A stretch of DNA of 64,000 bases, taken from NCBI GenBank assembly GCA_964016885.1, contig CAXHJY010001251.1, positions 1-64,000 on the forward strand, read 5' to 3'. Below, in pieces: positions 41,340-56,549 of the stretch. Below the pieces are notes generated by a model. The model was not told the origin of the DNA. It did no database searches and saw only the letters and a program-made list of their open reading frames with translations. The position numbers were made by a program, and so were the translations under genes. This DNA is from Eledone cirrhosa (Eukaryota). Numbering within the stretch: the stretch's first letter is position 1; every line of letters starts with the position of its first letter.

Positions 41340-42393
41340 ATCATCATCATCATCATCAACGTTTAACGTCCGTGTTCCATGCTTGCATGGGTTTGGACGG
41401 GGTAGTCCCACTTGAGGCAAGAGTGATTTTCTTGCTCACATAAGACTGTCTGGCAGGTTTTCTACAGTTGGATGCCCTTCCTAACACCAATCACATTTAC
41501 AGTGTGGGTCTGGGAGGTTTTTACCGTGTTGCCTACACGGCCACATTACAGCGTGGACTGTGTGTTTTTTTATCGTGACACCTACACGATCTCATTTGTT
41601 TCGGCCTCGATGGCGCTGCACCAACATAACTTTACATAGAACGGGGTGGTGTGGATGGGGTGGGGGTGGTGGGACGGGGTGTATTTTGTTAGAGATGCCT
41701 ACTGGCTGGAGTAGGTTTTACTATATATTTAGGTAAGGCGGGTCTTCTCTGTTACTGAGTACCGCCAAAGGTCTCGGTCCAGTGACATTGTCTTGGAGAG
41801 GTGTAAGTGTGTGAGGTCGGAGTTTATCAGCTCGTCCCAGGTTTTTCTAGGTCTGCCTATTCCGTGGCTACCGTCTATCTTTATTGCCCTGCACTTTGTT
41901 ATACAGCTATCGACTTTCATGCGCATCACGTGTCCATACCAACGTAGCCTTCTCTCGAGTAAACAACATCTGATCCCTCTTATCTCTAATTTTTTCCTTA
42001 GTTCGTTTATGCTTTGCCGTTCACGTATATTACTGTTACACATCCAGCGGAGCATGCAAGCTTCGTTCCTCTCTAGTCTGCGTATATCCTCTGCACACAA
42101 TGCCCAGGTCTCACTGCCATGCAACATTGCTGTTCGTATGCAGGCATCGTACAACCTGCCTTTCATTTTTAGGGAGAACCCTTTAGCAGCTAATAGTGGT
42201 ATAAGCTCTCTGAACTTTTTCCAACCAGTTCTGACTCTAGCTACAGTACTTTCAGAGCACCCTCCCCCACTGCTGATTTTATCGCCCAGGTAACGGAAGC
42301 TGTCCACTATTTCTATAGAACCCTCTGCGCAATTGAAAGAGCTAGTATTTTGTGGGCACTTGCTGCTACTTATTGCACCAGAACACCGGCCAC

Positions 42394-42395
<2 letters not shown>
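41340..42395 (-). mobile_element. RTE family A, 3' fragment
   Basis: Minus frame [13 protein letters not shown]...TEKTRLT*, family A 3' UTR, (CAT)n on plus strand at 41340-41358. Confidence 0.93.
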
Positions 42396-43770
<1,375 letters not shown>

Positions 43771-43827
43771 AAATAAATATACATGTAAGAGTATATGAGT
43801 GAGTGTGAGCGTATGTGTGTGTGTGTG

Positions 43828-43874
<47 letters not shown>

Positions 43875-44789
43875 AGCATAAAACTAATAATATATTTCTT
43901 CATTGTACTGTGTCGTTATAAGAGTTTGCCTTTTGTGCACACACACACGTGTGTGTGTGTGTGTGTGTATTATACATATACATGTGAATGAATCCTGAAA
44001 TGAGTATGTGTATGTACCTAGACACAACCACACAAAACTACCCGCACACACAACCACACACACAACCACACACAAACATGCAACTACTATACAGACAGAC
44101 ACATGTGGGACTTCATTCATTTAGCCTGTTGTATTCTTCAGAAATCTCTCGCTCTCTCACTATCTACACCCCCCCCCCGTCTCTCTCTCTCTCTCTCTCT
44201 CTCTATAACTTTGATGTTCCTACAATCTAATGTTTGACGTCATCAACAAATGTTCTGATATGGGGTGAGGGGGGTGAGGCAATGGTTGAGAGAGGGGTGT
44301 GTTAGAAGTTGGCTATATCTATACTGGCTTACACAAAGCCCTGTCATAGACATACACACACCCATACAGTGTCTCTATTTTTATTACACTTTCTCTTCTC
44401 TACTTCCTTTCTCTCTCATCTACACATTATCACTTTTTTTTTTTATTTCTCTCATTGTTTTCGTCTCTTTCTACTACCCCCCCCCCCCACATCCCTTCCA
44501 GTTATTGTCTCTTTTCTCTCTCATCCTTGCTTTCTTTCTATCTTCTGTTTTTCATTCTCTCTCTACTTTCTTCTCTCTCTCTCTCTGTCCCTGTCTTCCT
44601 CTGTCTCTCTATCACCCTCTCTCACACTTTCTATCTTCCTATGTCTTTCTCTCACCCTCTCTGTCTCTCTCTCTCTCTCATCCTCTCTCCCCCTCTCTCT
44701 ACTTTTCACTCTCTCTCAACCTTTACATTACATAACAGCACGCTACATTTCTAACTACAGAAGTCTGTAGAGAGAGAAGTTAAGGGACA

Positions 44790-44823
<34 letters not shown>

Positions 44824-44943
44824 CCTGTATGTGCATGCACCTGTATGTGTACTGGTGCCTGTGTGCACCTGTGGGTGTGTGTAAGTACATTAATAATCAA
44901 CAAGTGATGTTAAAGCACTCTATATCAGTTGAAGAGCTATATA

Positions 44944-45014
<71 letters not shown>

Positions 45015-45354
45015 GAGAGAGAGTCCCGGGTTCAATCATGGGGAACCGCAGTAAGTAAGGTACTCAATACATTAGTAGAGTGTATGCAACAAATTTAATA
45101 CAGAAAAAGGCTTCTACAGGACTAGAAGTGTTTCATTCAAAAGAAATAATCAACAATTTATATACACACACACAATATATATATATATATATATATATAA
45201 ACGTAATGAAGGAGTAACCACTCGTCCTTGTTTTATTTTATTATATTACACTGTCTAACTCTCCACCTCGACACAGAAGTGAACCTAAACATCGAGTGCT
45301 CACCCGGGTGAACCTACAGTAACTCCACGTTACACTCTCTGGAGATATATATAA

Positions 45355-45694
45355 CATCATCATCATCATCATTTTACGTCCGCTTTTCCCTGCTTGCAAG
45401 GGTGGGACGGGAACTGATACTGGCTTGATTTCTACAGCTGGATGCCCTTCCTAACACCAACCTCATTTACAGTGAGTGCTGGGTGCTTTTTTGCCGTGGC
45501 ACCTCCACGACCACTTTGCAGTGGAATGATATGGACCCCAGTCCCTATCATCTCATTTCTACAGCTGAGTAAACTGGATCAATGTGAAATAAAGTCTCTT
45601 GCTCAAGGAAACAACACATCACCCGGTCCGAGAATTGAACTCACAACCTTTCGATTGCAAGGCCAATGCTCTAACCACTAAGCCATATGCCTCC
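45355..45694 (-). mobile_element. SINE group B, full length
   Basis: Reverse complement of the 30093-30433 element. Confidence 0.88.
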
Positions 45695-45951
45695 AATATA
45701 TATATATATAATATATATATATATATACATATAACAAGATTAAACATTATGTCAGTTACTTTCTCATTTTATATGCTTCCCGAAATACGCCAAAACTACA
45801 CCTGATGTACCCCTTCCATACACATGCACACATGTGTGTATCATGACTCGTGCACTGTTCATTTTACTGATGTTTGTGCATTGCCCTATGTACTGTACAT
45901 GCACTTTTTTGATGAGTTGTGGTGCACCTGGGCACTGTACACAATATTTCA

Positions 45952-46553
45952 TTAAATTCCGACCTCACACGCTTACACCTCTCCAAGACAATGTCACTGG
46001 ACCGAGACCTTTGGCGGTACTCAGTAATAGAGAAGACTCGCCTTACCTAAATACAAAGTAAAAACCTACTACAGTCAGTAGGCATCTCTATCAAAACACA
46101 CCCCCGTCCCTCCACCTCCACCCCACCCACACCGCCCCTTTCAATGTAAAGTTATGTTGGTCCCACAACATCCAGGCCGAAACAAATGAGATCGTGTAGG
46201 TGTCACGACAAAAAACACACAGTCCACGCTGTAAATGTGGCCATGTAGGCAACACGGTAAAAACCTCCCAGCCCCACACTGTAAATGTGGTTGGTGTTAG
46301 GAAGGGCATCCAGCTGTAGAAAACCCGCCAGACAGTCCACGCTGTAATGTGGCCGTGTAGGCAACACGGTAAAAACCTCCCAGCCCCACACTGTAAATGT
46401 GGTTGGTGTTAGGAAGGGCATCCAACTGTAGAAAACCCGCCAGACAGTCCTATGCGAGCAAGACAACCACTCTTGCCTCAAGTGGGAAAACCCCCGTCCA
46501 AACCCATGCAAGCGTGGAACACGGACGCTAAACCTGATGATGATGATGATGAT
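45952..46553 (+). mobile_element. RTE family A extreme 3' fragment with an internal ~113-bp tandem duplication in the 3' UTR
   Basis: aaattccgacctcacac...gaagactcgccttacctaa, UTR block acagtccacgctgtaa...cccgccag present twice, (GAT)n tail. Confidence 0.88.
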
Positions 46554-46566
46554 GTTATTGTTATTA

Positions 46567-46692
46567 TATCATGACTCATACACTGTTCATTTTCCTGACA
46601 CTTTATTATTCTATGTACTATACATGCACCTTTGATGAGTTGTAGTGCACCTGAGCACTGTACACAATAATTTCATTATTATTATTATTATT
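46567..46692 (+). mobile_element. Short LINE-type 3' tail with (ATT)n end
   Basis: ~85 bp identical to 2595-2678; diverged copy at 45838-45953. Confidence 0.65.
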
Positions 46693-46919
46693 TTATTATA
46701 TGAGAAAACATCTCTATATGTGTGTTATATTCCTCAGGCCTTCATCTTGACATATTGGCTGATGAGGAGAGAATGTGAGATTTATATATAATTGGTTAGT
46801 TGAGATAAATAACTGAATCAAAGGTAATTACTTGTTTTATTTGGTCTATATATTGTCATCTAGTTTCTTTCTAGGAGGCGCTGTATATGGAAGAACGGGT
46901 GGGGGGCGTATAAATGTAA

Positions 46920-47905
46920 TAGGGTCGATATAATCAACTAAATCAAGGTGGTGCCCCAGCATGGCCTCGGTCTGACTAAAACCAGTAAAACAGTATTGGG
47001 TTGATATAATCAACTAAATCAAGGTGGTGCCCCAGCATGGCCTCGGTCTGACTAAAACCAGTAAAACAGTATTGGGTTGATATAATCAACTAAATCAAGG
47101 TGGTGCCCCAGCATGGCCTTGGTCTGACTAAAACCAGTAAAACAGTATTGGGTTGATATAATCAACTAAATCAAGGTGGTGCCCCAGTGTGGCCACGGTC
47201 TGACTAAAACCAGTAAAACAGTATTGGGTTGATATAATCAACTAAATCAAGGTGGTGCCCCAGCATGGCCTCGGTCTGACTAAAACCAGTAAAATAGTAT
47301 TGGGTTGATATGATCCACTAAATCAAGGTGGTGCCCAAGCATGGCCACGGTCTGACTAAAACCAGTAAAACAGTATTGGGTTGATATAATCAACTAAATC
47401 AAGGTGGTGCCCCAGCATGGCCACGGTCTGACTAAAACCAGTAAAACAGTATTGGGTTGATATAATCAACTAAATCAAGGTGGTGCCCCAGCATGGCCAC
47501 GGTCTGACTAAAACCAGTAAAACAGTATTGGGTTGATATGATCAACTAAATCAAGGTGGTGCCCCAGCATGGCCTCGGTCTGACTAAAACCAGTAAAACA
47601 GTATTGGGTTGATATAATTAACTAAATCAAGGTGGTGCCCCAGCATGGCCTCGGTCTGACTAAAACCAGTAAAACAGTATTGGGTTGATATAATCAACTA
47701 AATCAAGGTGGTGCCCCAGCATGGCCTCGGTCTGACTAAAACCAGTAAAACAGTATTGGGTTGATATAATCAACTAAATCAAGGTGGTGCCCTAGCATGG
47801 CCTCGGTCTGACTAAAACCAGTAAAACAGTATTGGGTTGATATAATTAACTAAATCAAGGTGGTGCCCCAGCATGGCCAGTGTAATGACTGAAACCAGTA
47901 AAAAA
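46920..47905 (+). repeat. 76-bp satellite, about 13 copies, SINE-3'-end-like unit
   Basis: Unit ttgggttgatataatcaactaaatcaaggtggtgccccagcatggcctcggtctgactaaaaccagtaaaacagta; last unit ends in an A-rich tail. Confidence 0.93.
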
Positions 47906-49041
47906 AATAATATTAAAGTATTTATAAATAGTTTCAGACTTCAGTATCTACCCCTAATTTCTAATAAGTACCCAGCTGTTTACAGGTGGTTTGCAAATAC
48001 TCTGGGATGGGTTATGGTTGAGGGCATTACTTTTGTCTTAGTCACACCCACTGCTCAGATGATTTTTCTTTTCCATCATATAGTTTTTATATCCATACCA
48101 ACATTTTGTTTTTAATCCTCGCTACATTTATGTCTCAATGCTTTGTCTAAACTTTTTGATACCAAACTGCCTGTAAACCAGCCCTGATTACACAATAAAA
48201 AGTTGTTTGTTTAAAGTGTTTATATTTATCTAAAAACCTTTCATTATAATCTTATGTAAGAACATTTGTTAAGCTATGCTTCAAACACCAGCTTAACTCT
48301 TTTGATAGCAACTCAATCAAAACCTCCTCTGTTCTATGAAACAAAACAACCTATTCTAAAGAGTTCTTGTTTAAATTAAAATATTCTGACATAATTTTAT
48401 ATAAAGATCATGCATTGATTTACAATCTTAGTAATGCAATAATTAATATTTTTATTAAATCCCTCCTCAAAATTCTTCATTAATTTTAATAAAGTGTATT
48501 TCATTAAAAATACAGCAAGAACAAATATACTATGTTTATGTTTATGTCTAGATTATACATCAATGCTTTGTTTTAAATGTAAATATAAAGGAATTAGGAC
48601 GAATTAGTATAGTGAAAGACAATGAAGTGTTTGTCTAGGATAAGATTTAAAAAAAACAACTCGTTACTGAAGAGGCTGCTCTGCACTCATCCATAGCATC
48701 TTAGGAGATGATAACAAGTACAATAAATAAACAAATAAATAATTAATTCCAGCAGCTATGAGGAATCACAAGTTAACAAAGAACAATATCAAACGTCTCT
48801 CTCTCTCTCTCTCTGTCAGTTTCTGTGTGTCAGTCTCTGTCACCCTCATCCCCTCCTCCATCCATGTAAGACATAAAGAAGAAAAGAAGCCATGTAAAAT
48901 TGCTATAAATAGCAGTTGAATGCTGTAGCAGTTGAAACAATGCCAAGTACATTGTGAAAAAACAAATCCCAACACACCAAAAAAAAAAAAAAAAACCCAA
49001 CCTGCCACACACATTGAAAAACATGCAACAGTTTATCATAT

Positions 49042-49072
<31 letters not shown>

Positions 49073-49333
49073 CATAACATCATCATCATCATCGATTAAC
49101 GTCTATCTTCCACACTAGCATGGATTAAATGGGTTTGTCCCATTTACAGGCAAGTTGGGTCGGGTGACCATGTCTCGCTCATATAGTTTTTTTCTGGCTG
49201 GTTTTCTATGGCTGGATGACCTTCCTAACAACCACATTGAAAGTGTGTGCTGGGTGCTTTTTGCCATGTCTTTTACACATCAACCATACAGTGTGAGCCG
49301 GGTGTGTTATATATATATATCTATATACACACA

Positions 49334-49386
<53 letters not shown>

Positions 49387-49395
49387 GCGTGTGTG

Positions 49396-49434
<39 letters not shown>

Positions 49435-49482
49435 GCGTGTGTGCATGTGTGTGTGTGTGTGTGCATGTGTGTGTGTGTGTGT

Positions 49483-49730
49483 GGAGGCACATGGCTTAGT
49501 GGTAAGGGTGTTGGACTTGCAATGATAATGTTGTGGGTTTGATTCCTGGGCCAGGTTGCGTATTGTATTCTTGAGCAAACCACTTTATTTCATGTTATTC
49601 CAGTACACGCAGCTGGAAAAAAAGCAATAGCTGGGAGGTTTAACTCTGCGATGGACTGGTGTCCTGTCCACGCCACAGAAACCAGGATAAGCAACAACCT
49701 AATGAGCCTCTGGGCTCGAAACAGACTTTA
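49483..49730 (+). mobile_element. SINE with group B-like head and a fourth 3' half
   Basis: ggaggcacatggcttagtgg...ttcttgagcaaaccacttta, then ctgcgatggactggtgtcc...gagcctctgggctcg. Confidence 0.7.
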
Positions 49731-49939
49731 GACGCGCGCGCGTGCGTGCGTCACATGGACATATACCTTCTCCAACCTTTACTTAACTATTGTGCTAGCT
49801 GCATTCTACAGAGCCGCACCATGTTCACTCACACTCTTATAGCCTTAAACCACAGACACCACTTTACTAAATATAATGTGTTTTCATATATTCTAACAAG
49901 AACTAGTGTGTGAAATGAAGACAATAGTTATGAGACATA

Positions 49940-50023
<84 letters not shown>

Positions 50024-50534
50024 TCAGTCATTTTGTCAGATAAGTTTGATGTGTTTATATAACAATTCAAAAAAGAAAGAGAAGAAAAAATAGGCATACG
50101 TTTTAGCAGGCTTCCTACAAAGTTGCATCTTGGGTATTTTAATGAGTGGGGACTCCCCTCGCCCCCCCCCCTCGTCCTATCATGAAAAGCGACATGAAAT
50201 AAAGTGGCCTGCTCAAGATCTCAACATGCTGTCCAGGGCTAGACATTTCAGGAGGAATCAAACCTACAACCATATGATCATAAGTCCAACACCATAACCA
50301 CAAGGCCAGTCACCTTCTCCTCCATTTCATATATACATGAAAGAAGAAGAAAAGAAAAAGCAGTGTATGAGAATATGATAAGAATTAATAAGGATGCTTT
50401 TGAAAGGCATGGGGGACCTAGTGGTTAGAGTACTGTGCCTGTGAATAAAGCACTTTATTTCACATTGCTCCAATCTGCTCAGTTAAGTATCTATGCTAGC
50501 ATGGAAAATGGGCATTAAATGATCATGATATATA

Positions 50535-53500
50535 TCATCATTATCCCTCTTTTACTTCCAATTGTTCATGCTTGCATTGGTTAAACATGTCCTTTCCAGC
50601 ACAGAATCTCTCCATTGTCTCGGTCTTTTGTCAACTCAGCTATGAGATTCAGTGATTTGAGATTAGCTCTGACAACCTCTACCCAGGTCTCCCTCTACTG
50701 TAGTCCCCTTCCATTGGGATTTCTCAGCAATTCTTCACCCAGAGATCATCTTCCATATGTATCACATGGCCATACCAGTGCAGTCTTCTCTCCTGCACAT
50801 TACCAATCATCTTCCATATGTATCACATGGCCATACCAGAGCAGTCTTCTCTCCTGCACACTACCAATCATCTTCCATATGTATCACATGGCCATACCAG
50901 AACAGTCTTCTCTCCTGCACACTACCAATCATCTTCCATATGTATCACATGGCCATACCAGAGCAGTCTTCTCTCCTGCACACTACCAATCATCTTCCAT
51001 ATGTATCACATGGCCATACCAGAGCAGTCTTCTCTCCTGCACACTACCAATCATCTTCCATATGTATCACATGGCCATACCAGAGCAGTCTTCTCTCCTG
51101 CACACTACCAATCATCTTCCATATGTATCACATGGCCATACCAGAGCAGTCTTCTCTCCTGCACATTACCAATCATCTTCCATATGTATCACATGGCCAT
51201 ACCAGAGCAGTCTTCTCTCCTGCACATTACCAATCATCTTCCATATGTATCACATGGCCATACCAGAGCAGTCTTCTCTCCTGCACACTACCAATCATCT
51301 TCCATATGTATCACATGGCCATACCAGAGCAGTCTTCTCTCCTGCACATTACCAATCATCTTCCATATGTATCACATGGCCATACCAGAGCAGTCTTCTC
51401 TCCTGCACACTACCAATCATCTTCCATATGTATCACATGGCCATACCAGAGCAGTCTTCTCTCCTGCACATTACCAATCATCTTCCATATGTATCACATG
51501 GCCATACCAGAGCAGTCTTCTCTCCTGCACACTACCAATCATCTTCCATATGTATCACATGGCCATACCAGAGCAGTCTTCTCTCCTGCACATTACCAAT
51601 CATCTTCCATATGTATCACATGGCCATACCAGAGCAGTCTTCTCTCCTGCACACTACCAATCATCTTCCATATGTATCACATGGCCATACCAGAGCAGTC
51701 TTCTCTCCTGCACATTACCAATCATCTTCCATATGTATCACATGGCCATACCAGAGCAGTCTTCTCTCCTGCACACTACCAATCATCTCCCATATGTATC
51801 ACATGGCCATACCAGAGCAGTCTTCTCTCCTGCACACTACCAATCATCTTCCATATGTATCACATGGCCATACCAGAGCAGTCTTCTCTCCTGCACATTA
51901 CCAATCATCTTCCATATGTATCACATGGCCATACCAGAGCAGTCTTCTCTCCTGCACACTACCAATCATCTTCCATATGTATCACATGGCCATACCAGAG
52001 CAGTCTTCTCTCCTGCACACTACCAATCATCTCCCATATGTATCACATGGCCATACCAGAGCAGTCTTCTCTCCTGCACATTACCAATCATCTTCCATAT
52101 GTATCACATGGCCATACCAGAGCAGTCTTCTCTCCTGCACACTACCAATCATCTTCCATATGTATCACATGGCCATACCAGAGCAGTCTTCTCTCCTGCA
52201 CACTACCAATCATCTCCCATATGTATCACATGGCCATACCAGAGCAGTCTTCTCTCCTGCACATTACCAATCATCTTCCATATGTATCACATGGCCATAC
52301 CAGAGCAGTCTTCTCTCCTGCACACTACCAATCATCTTCCATATGTATCACATGGCCATACCAGAGCAGTCTTCTCTCCTGCACACTACCAATCATCTTC
52401 CATATGTATCACATGGCCATACCAGAGCAGTCTTCTCTCCTGCACACTACCAATCATCTCCCATATGTATCACATGGCCATACCAGAGCAGTCTTCTCTC
52501 CTGCACATTACCAATCATCTTCCATATGTATCACATGGCCATACCAGAGCAGTCTTCTCTCCTGCACACTACCAATCATCTCCCATATGTATCACATGGC
52601 CATACCAGAGCAGTCTTCTCTCCTGCACATTACCAATCATCTTCCATATGTATCACATGGCCATACCAGAGCAGTCTTCTCTCCTGCACATTACCAATCA
52701 TCTTCCATATGTATCACATGGCCATACCAGAGCAGTCTTCTCTCCTGCACACTACCAATCATCTTCCATATGTATCACATGGCCATACCAGAGCAGTCTT
52801 CTCTCCTGCACACTACCAATCATCTTCCATATGTATCACATGGCCATACCAGAGCAGTCTTCTCTCCTGCACATTACCAATCATCTTCCATATGTATCAC
52901 ATGGCCATACCAGAGCAGTCTTCTCTCCTGCACATTACCAATCATCTTCCATATGTATCACATGGCCATACCAGAGCAGTCTTCTCTCCTGCACACTACC
53001 AATCATCTTCCATATGTATCACATGGCCATACCAGAGCAGTCTTCTCTCCTGCACATTACCAATCATCTTCCATATGTATCACATGGCCATACCAGAGCA
53101 GTCTTCTCTCCTGCACACTACCAATCATCTTCCATATGTATCACATGGCCATACCAGAGCAGTCTTCTCTCCTGCACACTACCAATCATCATCCATATGT
53201 ATCACATGGCCATACCAGAGCAGTCTTCTCTCCTGCACACTACCAATCATCTTCCATATGTATCACATGGCCATACCAGAACAGTCTTCTCTCCTGCACA
53301 CTACCAATCATCTTCCATATGTATCACATAGCCATACCAGAGCAGTCTTCTCTCCTGCACATTACCAATCATCTTCCATATGTATCACATAGCCATACCA
53401 GAGCAGTCTTCTCTCCTGCACACTACCAATCATCTTCCATATGTATCACATGGCCATACCAGAGCAGTCTTCTCTCCTGCACACTACCAATCATCTTCCA

Positions 53501-54797
53501 TATGTATCACATGGCCATACCAGAGCAGTCTTCTCTCCTGCACATTACCAATCATCTTCCATATGTATCACATGGCCATACCAGAGCAGTCTTCTCTCCT
53601 GCACACTACCAATCATCTCCCATATGTATCACATGGCCATACCAGAGCAGTCTTCTCTCCTGCACACTACCAATCATCTTCCATATGTATCACATGGCCA
53701 TACCAGAGCAGTCTTCTCTCCTGCACATTACCAATCATCTTCCATATGTATCACATGGCCATACCAGAGCAGTCTTCTCTCCTGCACACTACCAATCATC
53801 TTCCATATGTATCACATGGCCATACCAGAGCAGTCTTCTCTCCTGCACACTACCAATCATCTCCCATATGTATCACATGGCCATACCAGAGCAGTCTTCT
53901 CTCCTGCACACTACCAATCATCTCCCATATGTATCACATGGCCATACCAGAGCAGTCTTCTCTCCTGCACACTACCAATCATCTTCCATATGTATCACAT
54001 GGCCATACCAGAGCAGTCTTCTCTCCTGCACATTACCAATCATCTTCCATATGTATCACATGGCCATACCAGAGCAGTCTTCTCTCCTGCACATTACCAA
54101 TCATCTTCCATATGTATCACATGGCCATACCAGAGCAGTCTTCTCTCCTGCACACTACCAATCATCATCCATATGTATCACATGGCCATACCAGAGCAGT
54201 CTTCTCTCCTGCACACTACCAATCATCTTCCATATGTATCACATGGCCATACCAGAGCAGTCTTCTCTCCTGCACACTACCAATCATCTTCCATATGTAT
54301 CACATGGCCATACCAGAGCAGTCTTCTCTCCTGCACACTACCAATCATCTTCCATATGTATCACATGGCCATACCAGAGCAGTCTTCTCTCCTGCACACT
54401 ACCAATCATCTTCCATATGTATCACATGGCCATACCAGAGCAGTCTTCTCTCCTGCACACTACCAATCATCTTCCATATGTATCACATGGCCATACCAGA
54501 GCAGTCTTCTCTCCTGCACATTACCAATCATCTTCCATATGTATCACATAGCCATACCAGTGCAGTCTTCTCTCCTGCACATTACCAATCATTTTCCATA
54601 TGTATCACATAGCCATACCAGTGCAGTCTTCTCTCCTGCACACTACATCTGATTCCTCTTATATACAACCTCTCTCTCAACTCATCTCTGCTTTGACTTT
54701 CACATGTATTAACATTACACATCCATCAAATCATGCTTGCTTCATTTCTCTCCAGCCTCCATATAACCTCCATATTCACTGCCCATGTCTCACTACC
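50535..54797 (-). mobile_element. Old RTE 3' fragment split by an internal satellite expansion
   Basis: 54645-54797 minus reads [29 protein letters not shown]...LYIRGIRCSVQERRL; 50540-50745 continues with a degenerate C-terminus and catgcttgcat tail stem. Confidence 0.85.
50745..54646. repeat. 61-bp satellite, about 64 copies, derived from RTE ORF2
   Basis: Unit atcatcttccatatgtatcacatggccataccagagcagtcttctctcctgcacactacca; reverse complement encodes SVQERRLLWYGHVIHMEDD, compared with [22 protein letters not shown]. Confidence 0.96.
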
Positions 54798-55634
54798 AAA
54801 TATAGATCTAACAAATCTATATATATTCTATATGAATTGACAGATTATTTTCAATTCATATTTTGGGGGAGGGAAAATTCCTCATAAATTAGAAACAACC
54901 AAAAATAATTTTGATACTTTTTTGGTTCTTCATTTCCCAAGTTATTTGAAGTCCTCTTTGATCAACACTGCCTGTTACCATGGCAACATGTCAAGAGTTA
55001 GGCTTAGGAACATCAAATACAATTATTTTTATCCAACCTATTCCCACCCAACTCTCTCCACCATCACCATAACCACATTCACTCTAACTACTGTCACAAC
55101 CATAACCACAACCACTACCATATGTACTGTCCACTACCATTAACTCCATGATCCCCACTATATCCATTCCAAACCACCACCATCATAACCACCGTCAACA
55201 GTCACTGCCACCAATACGACAACTGCCACAACCATCACCACCAAACAACACCAACACCACCATAACTATTGTCACAACCAACAACTCCACCATAACATCA
55301 CCATTCTCATATTTACATTATTTAGTTAAATGAATTAAACTAAAATACAAAAACCTCTTTTAAAAAAAGTTATATAAAAGTCCCTTTCAAATGTGTATAA
55401 AAATTCCTTTGAAAATTTGTATAAAAATCCCTTTAAAATGTGTATAAAAATGCTCTGATCTTTATGAGACCTCAGCAAATCATTCCATTTGACTGTGAGA
55501 GAGGTGGCTATTGTTTGATGTCTGTTATACCGACACAGACATAAACAAGGAGAAAACTAACAAAACAACAGCATTCTATAGAATACACTCAAATATGAAA
55601 TATGAAATGTAGTTGTCCATATGTAAGTGACTAT

Positions 55635-56410
55635 AATAATGTTTTCTGATTAAGGCACACGGCCAACAATTGGAAGGGAAGAGAAGGAGGAAAGTCGATT
55701 AAATAGACCCCCCAGTTCATTACTGGTGCTATATTTTATCAACACCGGCAGGATGAAGGGCAAAGCTAAACTCAGAATAATAATGGTTTCTGATTTAGGC
55801 ACAAGGCCAACAATTTGAAAGGACAGAGAAAGTCGATTAAACTGACACCCCACGCCACCCCCAGTGCATTACTGGTTCTATATTTTATTGACCCCCATAA
55901 GGATGAAAGGGAAAGTTAACTTCGGCGAGATTTGAACTCAGAACCAAAAGCGCCATAAACTGTATGCTGCAAAGCATGGTGCCTGACACTCTACCATTAT
56001 TGAAGGACGGTGGACTGACACTGCCAATCCACCGTCCTTCAATAATTGTTTCTACTTTAGGCACAAGGCCAGCAATTACCCAGTGCATTACTGGTACTTT
56101 ATTTTATCGACCCCGTAAGGATGAAAGGCAAAGTCAACCTCGGCGGGATTTGAACTCAGATCGTAAAGGGACGTAACTATGCTGGAAAGCATGGCGTCCG
56201 ACCCTCCACCGATACTGCCATGCTTCAATAATGGTTTCTGATTTAGGCACAAGACCAACAACTTGAAGGGAAGGGGAAAAGTCGATTAAATCGATCCCAG
56301 TGCATTACTGGTACTTTATTTTATCAACCCCCGTAAGAATGAAAGGTAAAACTTGGCAAGATTTGAACTCAGAACATAAAGGTCTGTAACTCTAAGCTAG
56401 AAAGCATCTC
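55635..56410 (-). mobile_element. Head-to-tail cluster of four SINE group A copies or fragments
   Basis: Four successive ataat(g/t)gtttct..tttaggcacaaggcc starts. Confidence 0.85.
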
Positions 56411-56549
56411 ATCTAATTTGATACATAGACATATATATGTGTGATAACATTACAAAGGTGGAGCTGGCAGTATGTTACTGACATCTTGTTAAGTACATAT
56501 CTATATGTAGGGAGACTACTGGGGCAGCATAAAACTAATCCTGCTTATC

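Noticed and set aside
46759-46810. CTGATGAG hammerhead seed
   Set aside because: No stem II or GAAA downstream.
49698-49728. ctaatgagcctctgggctcgaaac as a hammerhead
   Set aside because: Core is CUAAUGA, with extra bases before GAAA and no cleavage triplet or stem I; better explained as a SINE tail hairpin.
50615-54652. ORFs of 403-1264 aa
   Set aside because: Produced by a nearly stop-free 61-bp repeat cycling through frames, antisense to RTE ORF2; no evidence of a real protein.
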